Source of the DNA: Dicyema japonicum
Taxonomy: Eukaryota; Animalia; Dicyemida
Reading direction: 5' to 3'
Length of the DNA stretch: 64,000 nucleotides
NCBI GenBank assembly: GCA_011109175.1
Contig: RDEW01000044.1
Coordinates: 254,878 to 318,877 of the forward strand
Shown: piece after piece, positions 26,860-37,519 of the stretch
Numbering within the stretch: position 1 is the stretch's first letter
How the letters are laid out: each line of letters begins with the position of its first letter
Notes under the pieces: model-generated
What the model was told of the DNA's origin: nothing
What the model saw: only the letters and a program-made list of their open reading frames with translations
The model's database searches: none
Made by a program: the position numbers and the translations under genes

Positions 26860-27470
26860 AGTGTTAGAGTGCGTATTGGAAAATGTATGTCGCGTGAAAT
26901 CGTGACAACAGCGGCCACACTTCAAGGAGACTGCCTCTCTCCAGTATTGTTCGCTGTATACCCCGAATATGTTCTACGAGATCTCTGAAAGTATTACAAC
27001 GACGATATTATGGCAATTGTGTACGCCGATGATGTTGACTTTGTCTCGAGTAAAAAAGATACACTTTACGTCTACTGGAGGAGTACTAGACCGTCTGGCT
27101 AAATGGTCTCTATTAATGAGCGCTTCGGGGATGGAACCAGCAGTACCGAAAACAGGAGGAAGGCCATAAATCTTGTCTCGTTTCTTGGGGACTCCGAAGT
27201 CATTGCCAGAAGGAATTTGTTATCTACGGTGACCATGCAAAGGCTTACGAAAGGATGCATCCAAAGGCGTCCTGTCTGCACATCACTCTGAATCAGATTG
27301 GATGAGGCTATCGTGAAACTAACTCTGGATCATGGGGAATCTCGAAAACGTGGACAAAGGCTCGACTCCTTACATAGGTATCTACTTCGGTCTCTCTTGG
27401 GATTGAAATTGCCAATGCGTGTAAGGGGTGAAGTATGGTATATAAGATGCTCCTCTAGACCTCTGAGTAT
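26860..27470 (+). mobile_element. RTE-like RT relic
   Basis: TLQGDCLSPVLFAVY and IVYADDVDFV; same family as 37520-40320. Confidence 0.8.
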
Positions 27471-27829
27471 TTTTTAATATTTTGTATTAATGACTAATTT
27501 TACGACAGTGTACAAACTGAGATAAATAACTTTAAAATTCGCACATATATGCAAACTATATTTCTAAACACTATTTCTTGCTCAGTCCCGTACTAATTGG
27601 TATACGGACAGACTCCTGTCTGTGGCCCACCGGCTTGGGACAACTGGAATGAAAAACCAGCTTTCTAGGGATCAGAACAAAGAGTTATTCCAACCAACAC
27701 GGGCTACCATTAGCCATTGCCGTGATCGCAGCCACAACTATTAAAGGGTATTAAATCAGATTTAGAAATACACCATACCTTATGTCAGGATTTAAATGCA
27801 AGGAAGACTCCTCTATGGTTATCTTGAGT

Positions 27830-29210
27830 TCTTAAAACTCAGGGTTCGCTGGTACACATAATGAAATGTCCTCGAAATGGTTACATTTTAGCGGCCTGTC
27901 AGCTTCTGTTCTTGGATAATCTAAAATCAATGACCATTATGCACATAACCTCCGCCAAAATTTTTGTTTCCGAGATTGGGGGAGTAACAAAGAATTTCAA
28001 TTCCGTTTGGTTGTTCTAACCTAAATGTTAAGGTGATAATTTATTAAGTGTATTTAGAGTCTCCCTTGCTGCCAAAAGAGCTGGTTCCGCCTTCAAAAGA
28101 TCTCGCTCGATGTCTTTTTTACTTCACAGATACGTCATTGGATATTTTGAAGACTTTTTCTTCCTTAACAGTAGCCATCACATTCTCCTTAGATACTGTC
28201 ACTCTCAGCGGCCACAACATGGATTAGTTTGTTAGCATTTTTGTTTTTGATGGCAAAACTACTTTGCCTCAGATCATTGACTAGTTTTGAGTACTCTTAA
28301 GTTTTTCAAGTCTGTTTCCTAATCTTTGCATGTCTACTTTGATTCCCTTGCAAATCAAAGTAGATATCCTTCTGTAAGGCCTGGTATAGCTTTATGCCTC
28401 AATCGTCTTCTTTAGCATAATATTGTTGGCTCATTTCATTAACAAATTTATGGACAAATGCCGTGAATTTGGAGACATTTTCAGCCGATTGATCTGGTAG
28501 AAGCGCATCCTCGCTAAGAAATTATATAACTGACAGAATTCAGAGCGTATTCCGCTTATTCGTGGAAACAGTTTATGCTCTTAAAGTTTACTATCGCAAG
28601 TACAGACTCTCAGCTTAATCCAACTAACGTATTTCATTAATTACACGTGCTCATTTATAACATTCTGCTAGTTTTCACAATGATAAAGTTCCAGCAGTTT
28701 TCTCTAGTCTCCTTCATTCCTGTTGATTTGCATTCATTGCGGAATCCAGAGATGGCTCTTTCGTATTCATCGTCTATAAAGACATCGGGTATCTCTATCT
28801 AGTAGATAGCAAGTCGTTAATCAAAACCAGATCTCAGAGTTTAGTTTATATATCTACCCGCGCATCGATAAAAAAAATATTTTGAGGAGGTTTTTGAGAC
28901 CACATCACGGTAGAGCTAACAAATTCCGTTTTATTGTCGTTGATAGAATATTCCTTACGGAGAGTGACTTGGTAGGTCTCAAGTCCATTGATAAAGACTG
29001 CAATGTGAACAAAATTTGTTTTCCTGATCACTCAACATCAACAAAAGACCATAGCCAGATTTAACATATTCAAGTTACCTCAAGGATTTTCCAGTATCCT
29101 GCTAATCCACAAACCTGGGACGTCGCATCTTCGAAGAGAACAAGATTCATTGCAGTATTCAACTCATTTAGTTTCGAGAGCCTTAATTAGCAGCTTTTTT
29201 AGCAGAATCC
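27830..29210 (-). pseudogene. Decayed internal fragment of an axonemal dynein heavy chain (DNAH9/11/17-like; AAA4 to stalk)
   Basis: Minus strand reads NELNTAMNLVLFEDA, ISRILENP*GN, YQVTLRKEYSIND, EIPDVFIDDEYE...RENCWNF, FHE*AEYALNSVS, SKFTAFVHK, KNANKLIHVV, ERDLLKAEPALLAARETLNTLNK|NNQTELK and KNRS*QAAK. Many stops and frameshifts; a 25-nt intron (28016-28040) has an AT donor. Confidence 0.9.
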
Positions 29211-29639
29211 CAGCTCTCGAGACAATCCGAAGGTTGCGGTTTCGAGATGAGAAATTTCGAAAATCATTCGCATTGTGATGTTAAAGAAATTCTCCTGGGT
29301 AAAGTTAAAACCTAAAATTCCACGGCGACTCCCATTCATACATGTCCTCCAAAGCGTCATCCAAGTCATGCTTTTTCTAACCCAGCATTCCCAATGATAT
29401 ACAGTGACAGAGAATCAGAAGTTCCGCCACCTTTGGTATTTATTGAATTCATCCAATATACACTATTCAGCGTTATTTTTTAAATTAAGAATAATTTTAA
29501 CTTTTTGTCAGCTGAGTCTCACTAGATGCAGGATTTCACGTGCTCAATTTAAATTAATTCAATGACCCTTCAAGCTTCAATGACCGGAGTCTTCTGAAAC
29601 AGATACACAATCTCGTTTGTACGAGAAGCATCCGAAGAC

Positions 29640-29960
29640 TCGAAGATAATAAAATACTTCATTGGCCACTCCTACAAAAGACCAATCAGAATTTTCTCTT
29701 CCCAGGGACGTCCGGGTGAACCTGGCTCTTCTACGATTTGGCACTACCCCTCTCTAATGACGTACGATATCCTCTGTCCCTTTTGCAACCTCTGCGTGTT
29801 GACAATAAATCACACATCTGATGTCATGTATTAGCACAACATTCGTCTAAAATGGCGGAACTGACAGATCTATGAAAGCGACTGACAATTGCTGCAGCCT
29901 ATTTAATGGTGGCTCGGCCTCCTACAAGTTAGTGAGGCCGGGATTACTTAGCTTCTAATT
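29640..29960 (+). mobile_element. LINE 3' end relic with a terminal stem-loop
   Basis: LLRFGTT...CPFCNLCVLTINH (C-terminal Cys/His motif). Hairpin CGGCCTC-N12-GAGGCCG at 29915-29940. Confidence 0.55.
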
Positions 29961-29992
29961 TAATTTTATTAAATTCCACTGGAGGGGTTACC

Positions 29993-30193
29993 ACAACTGT
30001 AAGCTCCGGAAGGACTCTTTCTGTAGTAGTGGAATCTGGATGCACTTAACTAGTCGTTTACTTTTAACTTCTTTCTCGGTGCATAGTTTGGGTTTCCACA
30101 ACTGTAAGCTCCGGAAGGACTCTTTCTGTAGTAGTGGAATCTGGATGCACTTAACTAGTCGTTTACTTTTAACTTCTTTCTCGGTGCATAGTT
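29993..30193. repeat. ~100 bp tandem duplication of a dispersed short repeat end
   Basis: Two copies; the 17-mer taacttctttctcggtg (30065-30081) recurs at 42204-42220 in a similar context. Confidence 0.8.
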
Positions 30194-30679
30194 TTTAATA
30201 AATTAAAGTCGGATAGTGTCTATAATCTTAGGATGATTTTCAAAAAGTTGAACTTTCTACTTTTCTACATTTTGAAGTGCTAGGAGAAACACCCTGCATA
30301 TCAAGTTTGATTACAAATATAGAAAAGCCAACATAAAAATAACAAAAAATATATAAATTGGTTAAACCAAATATTACAAAAGTAATCAAATCATCTTAGA
30401 TTTCTTAGCAGAATCTCGAGTAAATACCTCCAATGCCCCCATCCCATTTCACACATCTCTTCGCTTGATCACCCCACGGAGAGTCCAAACAACAGTCGTA
30501 TCCATTCAAACTCCTACAATCAAAACAAAGACAAACCAGTTACTATGAGTGATCCACCACACTGAAAGGAGACACAGTGGATATGTCGCACGTGTTTTTC
30601 CTAATGAACCACCTCAACTCCCTCCGTTAGGATCAGTAATAAATTTGTAAATAATTAATCAAACCAGCAAATAGCAAAA

Positions 30680-31000
30680 AACAGTCCTGGAGGATGAAAA
30701 CTCAGTCAAGCAACTCTAGAATGGGAATGTCCCTCAAGGTAGACTATTGAGGACTCACTTGTTGGTTTTCAAAGCTTTACATCCCATAGAAAGAACAAAG
30801 GGCCAACATCAGTTACCCCTGTTGATCCTCATCATATATAACCCAGAATCCTTGTAACCTTAATATTAGGATGATGACTACCTTTAAAAGTCCTAGAAAG
30901 ATAAGTGTCTGAGAGACTTCAAAAATTAACGGTGCCAGTGCATGAACCTATGACCACATAACGATCATTCGGAATTAAATTAGAACGGGATAAGGCTGTG
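30680..31000 (+). mobile_element. Degenerate LINE RT relic
   Basis: GNVPQGRLL followed by a DD-like motif. Confidence 0.45.
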
Positions 31001-32039
31001 AATCCCCCATTTGATTAAGCAACTACCAATGCTCTAACAAGTGGTTTATTACTCAGTGATATTTTCTTATGGAATTTTTTAATTGACAGGTTCTTCTGAT
31101 CTCTGATAGTGAACTCAGTTCCTTAGTGATCCTCGGTCTGGTCACAGCACAATATAGTGACGGTAGTTAGTGATCCTCAGTCTGGTGACAGCACTAATAT
31201 AGTGACGGTAGAAAAATACCATAGGATTGAGTACTCGGCAATCCAATAACGAGCTTTGGTAAGTTCATCTGGTTTCACGTTGTAGCAGGTCACGGAGTTC
31301 TTGCAACTCTCTGTTTGGAATCTCCAGGGATCTTGAAAATGTCATCACTGTGTTTCACGAGAAGGATTCTATCAAAGGCATCCTCTTAGAATAGGCCTTG
31401 AATGGTAAAAGTAACATACAGATTGGCTCTTTAAGCTTTCTTAGATGTTATTTTACTTCTTGTAGTCGGTAGATTTGTGAACTTGGTGAGCCTTGTATAA
31501 TAGAGAATGAAACCTTTTTAAATTCAAAATCAGCTAATAATTCAGCCTGGCCAGCCGGATTCATTTCGTAGCTATATTGACATCACAATAATTAGTTATA
31601 ATTAACTAACTAACTTAAATTCAAAAAACCACATTTATTTAATGCAATATTTTTATTAAAATTAATATAAAATTTATTACTTAATGAATTAACTAGTGGT
31701 TGAATCGCAAAAATTTTAGGTTATTATAAGCAACATGCATGGAATAACTTGGCCACGTGGCGCCAGTTTGTGCTATGCAGCTAGTGGGTCGAAATGTTAT
31801 TTTTCCTTTTTCTGATGACGTCATTTGATACACCTTACTGAGGAGACGTCCAATCCCTGGCCGGGATCAAGAGACTCCAACTATTTTTTCCCAGGGGTAC
31901 AATGTCGCTACCTGGATACAAGTTCTGGAACGCTGGAACGAGTCAGGATCAAGGAGCTAGTTAGTTTGGTTACCCTGGGTCTTTTATTATTATTATTTTT
32001 TAAGAAACACCGTCTTAACCACTAACTAATATTCAGGTG

Positions 32040-32400
32040 ATCTCAATAATCGGGCCATCTTTTCTCGATGCTCCGACCGTGACCCCAAACATTTTCTATA
32101 CGGACGGGGGTCTTTTTTCCCTCCTCTTCTGAAGTTGCCTCTATGATAGAGTCGAGTGTTCTGAGGGTAATTTCTTTATCCGTATATTTTCCCAGTAATT
32201 TTATTGCTCTTGACTGGATCTCTTGAATTTTTATTAGGTTTGTTGCTGCCAGGTTAGATCCCCACACAGCACATGCATGGCCTAGGACTACAAGAATACC
32301 TTCATATGATTAAAATTTAATTAAATTTTAACCGGCTTGGTATATCTACTGAAAAAATCAGCTTCGTCTTTATTTACCTCAGACAACTTGGACAAATGAC
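32040..32400 (-). mobile_element. LINE ORF2 post-RT relic
   Basis: WGSNLAATNLIKIQEIQSRAIKL matches the thumb/C-terminal W......L.KLQ..Q..A.R motif. Confidence 0.6.
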
Positions 32401-33749
32401 CTTGGATATTTTTATCTGCCAAACAAAAATGGCTTTCACGAAGAAACTGAAATTCGTGTAAGGGGTGAAGTATGGTACAAAAAATGCTCCTCTAAACATC
32501 TGAGTACCCTAATGTTAAGATGCACTGGAGACTGTTTGGTCACATTCTAAAAATATATACGCCAGCTAACATGATCATGGAAGAATTTTTAGAAACATCT
32601 GGGAAAAGTTCAGAGGTTGTCCGCATATAACGCTTCCCAAACTCCTTTATGTAGATTTGAGACCGTAAACAGGGCACTAAAAGACGGTGAAAACCTCAGC
32701 AGTTTGCGTAGTCTGGTATCGAATAGGAGAGAGTGGGAGAAGCTAATATTGAGGATCCTACGAACGTGACACGAGTTGAATTATAGCTCCCAGAGATATC
32801 CCCACCGTCGGCACAAATTCCTGACATAGGGCTTCTCCAATACAGACCTTCAACCTCGTTTTTGAAACAAGAGTATGAGCAAAGCTCTGGTAAGAATCCC
32901 AAAAATAGTTGCAAAGTGATGCTCCGTTATTAAAGTCACTTAGACTTTAAGACAGATATTCTCCAAGCTCTACTAAAACATGTTTCAGTAACTTCGGGGG
33001 AGTATGCTAGAGACAGTCCATCTTGCAGCTTCATGTTACTGTGGAACTATGTTAACTTAATTTCTTCCCACACGGAACAGATGTACTGATGTTCAGTGAG
33101 ATATATTTTCCTAGTTGCCCAAAAAGTCATCCATTCATTTGTGGTGATGCGAATTATCTCGTGCCGAATCTAGTAGAGGTAATTTATGATCACTACCAAT
33201 CTACCAAAGGACTTCGATTCCCCCAAAGGAGATTAGTCTGTTAGAACCCAGTGTCTATAAAACAGGTAATAGGCGTGACAAAAGTGTGGTAATACTAGGC
33301 AAGGGAAATTCCTCAGGACTCTTCCTTGTATGCCAAAAGACGTTCTCCCCTTTGGTAAAAAATTTTTCCACTTCCACGTGGGGGTATATATTGAAGATAG
33401 GTATTAATCTTCTAACGAGGGTTGAAAGGTAATTGAATAGTCCTTGTCATTAACCCCTCAGACTGGTGAACCAAACGAGTAAGTCTTCGCGGACTGCAAC
33501 CCCAGTCAATAGTGTTTGTATTGAGAAGGAATAAGGATTAATTTGTGACCTCCATAACATTCATTGAAGCCTTTTTATTGAGTTTCTATATAACCCGAAA
33601 AAATATGCACCAGGTCAATCAAAATTTAAATTATTTTTAAATTTTTTAACACTTTCTCTTACAGAGAAGTATCTATATTCAACTTACTTTAAACAGTCTC
33701 TTATGTTGCCTTTAACCTTGCACACACAGTCTTTTCAAAAAACCAGAAG

Positions 33750-34300
33750 CAGAGTCAATAAGTTCATCCACAACCAACGGAAAGGAAAGAAAATTTCCAA
33801 TCCTTGCAGTTGGGAAACCCTCCAGTGGATTGGAGAGAACAATTCATGCTGACACTGAGCGCTACTTGAGTCAGGTGGACGCTACTCTAATGGAACAAGG
33901 GAAGGACAGAAAAGGGAAGTGTAATTTTTAACCAAGTAGTCATATATCATTGCCTTAACGTTGTCCCATCATTGCCCTAGATAATGAGTCTTTCTGGTAC
34001 GATACAGTAGTTGAAAGGGATCTTCCTACCATCTTCCTGACCAAATCCTCTGGTGAAGATTACATTATGAAAACTATTCCGTCAAAGAATGAAGTGATGT
34101 TTCCGACGATAGGAAGTGTGATGAAAATGGGAGAGGGCGAACCTACCTCTCCACCTTTAATGACTTTTAACATCGTATTACTGTTTAGTGTTAGAAAGTC
34201 AACGAAAGATCTACTCACAGGATGTTACTGGAGTTTTTATAATTTTGGCTCCAACCTATGAGTCCCCTATGAACCTAGTAGGTGTCTGTTGTAGACTTTT
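33750..34300 (+). mobile_element. Possible non-LTR RT relic
   Basis: GEPTSPPLMTFNIVL resembles QGDPLSPLLFNIV; weak. Confidence 0.3.
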
Positions 34301-34920
34301 CTTTTCGATTCACAACTCCCTCTAGTGTTCTAGTTTCCTGTACAAGGACGTAATTTCGACCTCTACATGAATGAGAGGTCGAAAACTATTCTCGGTCTTT
34401 ATTTAAGCATCCTGACATAAACCATGCTGACTGTATCTCTGATATTCGATTACTCACGATAGAGAGCCTAGGGTCAGTGGATGCCCCTGTGCCTGGTAAA
34501 GTCAAGTCTATCGTAAAGAGCATAAAGGTGGTCTCCTATATTAATTGTGGATGACCATTAACCAACATGATTAACACGACTACTTTGCTTATTTGACGAT
34601 TATAGTTGTTAGCATGGGTCCGTCAGTTCATCGATGCGCACATGAAGAGGAGGGATAAGACCCTTATGAAAAGAAGACTGTCAAATAAACTAGACGTTGA
34701 GTAAAAATTAATATTAAAAATTCTTAAAACCACAAAAATCATTAAAATGTGGAATTTATGCGTTTTCTTAGAAATTGAACAAATGATGATAAATCATACA
34801 ATAAATATCTGAAAAATGATGAAAAAATAAAATCTCAAAAAATTGGAATTTCGATAAAAATTTAATAATTTAAAAGTTATTATTAAAATAAATAAGTTTA
34901 ATTTTGAATTATTGACCTAA

Positions 34921-36283
34921 ATGTCTTTTCTCTCAACGAAATTGAAACTTTTACCTCCTGATCCGATTTTCAAAGCTAATGAGGAATTTCAGGCCTCCAC
35001 AAACCCCCAAAAGCTAAACCTTTCCATTGGAGGTCTCTCATTGTGATATTTTAGCTTACACCGATGAGGATGGGACCGTGTATGTGCTAAATACTGTGAA
35101 GGAGGCCAAAGCTATGATCCTGCAAGACTCCAAGGACACACATCAATACCTACCCATAACCGGATATCCTCAACTTAATGACATCTGCGGAAAGCTCATT
35201 TTTGGGGATGATAACTCCTTCAAAAATAAGGCACTAAGTTGATTCATTTCCAGTTCGTAGCCTTCCAAGTGTTGGGCGGAACCGGAGGATTCTTTGTGGG
35301 GGCAGAATTGCTCAATAAGTACTGCAATTTAGAGAACGTCGTGATCCCTTCCAAAACCTGGGGTTAATAGTCTTTGGTAATCATAGGTTCTCACAATTCC
35401 ATCTTCCGTAACATGAATTACGTGATTACAAACTACAAGATAGAAGCCAACTCTGATGGATCCTTGGCAATTGATCAAATCGTTGAAGACTTGAAGGTCA
35501 TTTGTGCTAGATTATTCTAGAAATGTCCAGAAAAGTCTGTTGTCATACTCCAAGCTTGTTGCCATAACCCATGTGGGTTGGATCCTGAGCAAGAAGGTTG
35601 GAAGAGGATTGCGGATGTAATAATGGTTGATTTTCTGTTATTTTCAGGAACGGAATTTGGTCCCCTTCTTAGATTTGGCCTACATGGGATTTGGGTCATT
35701 AAATATGGCTGATGATGCATGGGCTGTCCGTTATTTTGCCTCTTTGGGGATCGATTTTCTCGTCAGTGTCTCCTTCTCTAAGAACTTTGGCCTTTACGGT
35801 AATGGTAGGGTATTTTACTCCCAGGGGAGAGGATCGGCTGTTTGATGGTTTTCGCTAAGGACACTGAATGTTTGGAGGCTTTAGCTAGCAACGTGAAGGC
35901 CATAATTAGGTGTGCGTACTCGACTCCCCCCAGTTTCGGAGCGAAAATTGTGATGAAGATCTTTTCGGACGACATATTGTATAGGAAATGGCAGGAAGAA
36001 TTGAAGACACTTACGAAAAGGGTTATCAAGGTCCGGGGGATGCTGTATGAAAACCTGAAATCTAAGGGAATTGACTGGCCGCAGATAACGAAGGCTAGGG
36101 GGTTCTTCTTTCAATCTCCACTTAGTGGTAAGTCACGTGGTTTGAAAGGCAGAAGAACAGGTTAATCGGTTGAAGGCAGATTGGGATTTGTTTATTCTTC
36201 CAAATGGGAGAATTAATATGGCTGGATTGTTGGCGGACAGGGTAGACGATCTGGCAGCTGCTATTAAGGATGTTTCGACTTAA
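34921..36283 (+). CDS. GOT1: Cytosolic aspartate aminotransferase, 7 micro-introns (22-26 nt)
   Basis: Spliced frame is open from ATG 34921 to TAA 36283: PPDPIF, LNLSIGAY, QYLPI, QVLGGTG, TWG.H, CHNPCG, DLAYMGF, SFSKNFGLYGER (PLP lysine), IRCAYSTPP, NGRINMAGL. No mitochondrial presequence. Confidence 0.95.
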
Positions 36284-36309
36284 TTGGTCGACTAGTTGAC
36301 TAACATGAT

Positions 36310-37380
36310 TTACTTTTTGGTTATTCTATAACAAGAAATAGTCTTTAAAGATGTGAGTACTAGGCAGGCTACTGTATGCTCAGAAATCTGATAAAGAAGG
36401 GATTAAGGTTGACTGTGTGGATCCGATGGCCTATTCTCCTAAAAGGTGAGCACTAGACGGATTGGAATTTTGAAACCTTCAAAGGTATTGAGTAGGGATG
36501 ACTAGGTAGATCGAAGGGCCTCGTGATTATTAGATAAAATAGCTTAAAGCTAAATTGTACAATCTCATAAACATGGGCAACCCATTTATTCAGGCATAAT
36601 TATGATTTATGAGCTTAGCATTAATGAAGGTTATAATTATGATTTTGGTGTAATATTTAAATGCGGTTTTTTATTACTGGGGTGTGGTAGATTGCCATAA
36701 TCATTCACTAATCTGTTTATCAATCTTTCAAAGATTTATTAGAATCTTAAAATATATTCTCAGCAATCTTCTCCACCCCCTGCTGTGCGGATTCTTACTC
36801 AGAGTTCAGGATCTTCCAAAATTAAAAACTCATCTGTCGAGGATAGACAGTAAAGTAATTTTTGGTCTGCATCGACATTCTCATTACTGGTTGAAGTGAT
36901 ATTCCACCATGTCTTGCTCGGGGAAATGCCCAAAGACTTGTAGAAAGAATACGATCCATTGATTGAGACCTTTTTTGGCTATTGCTCTCCAATAACGATT
37001 TTTGGTTGCTTCGATGGAACGTGCCCTTAGGAAAACCCAATTCTCAGTACTTCCGGGTGGATTTTTCTTCATATTGACTTTGTGGTCCTCTAAAATTTTG
37101 TAATTTAGTCGTAGTTTTGATTGAAGTAAAATCCACAAATAAGACCAACTAAGCTCTCAACAGAGTCTAAAATTTGAGAAAGATCTATTCCCAATTCTGA
37201 ATTGATGTTGCTAAGTCCTTGGGGAGACTTACTGTTAATTAATCATATCTCCCTGTACATCCTCGCACTATTTTTGTATTTTGGTTCTTCTATATCACAG
37301 AACCAATCAAAAGCACTGGGATCGGTCGATGAAGAACGGGGAATTGAACATATTGATAAAAAAGTCCATTTACGAGAAGA
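36310..37380 (-). CDS. Possible unidentified micro-intron gene convergent with GOT1
   Basis: Open frame 36884-37138, plus 24-27 nt GT-AG segments that join frames near the 3' end (stop at 36310-36312). No full model or family obtained. Confidence 0.3.
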
Positions 37381-37519
37381 AAGATTACAAAAGACAATCA
37401 AAAAGAGGTAGAGTCAGTTAACCAAAAATCATTCTTTTTTGAAAATAATAGGAATCGTTCTTTGGTGGGGTGGTGACGTGCCTCGTTTCTTCTCTGTAAA
37501 ACGGTTAAGAAAAATGTCT

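Noticed and set aside
28016-28040. AT-starting intron as a minor (U12) intron
   Set aside because: It ends in AG, lacks the ATATCCTT donor consensus, and lies in a heavily decayed pseudogene, so a GT>AT mutation is simpler.
34921-36283. Horizontal transfer of a bacterial aspC/tyrB (GGTG motif, divergent sequence)
   Set aside because: QxLGGTG also occurs in animal GOT1, and the intron positions match the recalled animal GOT1 map.
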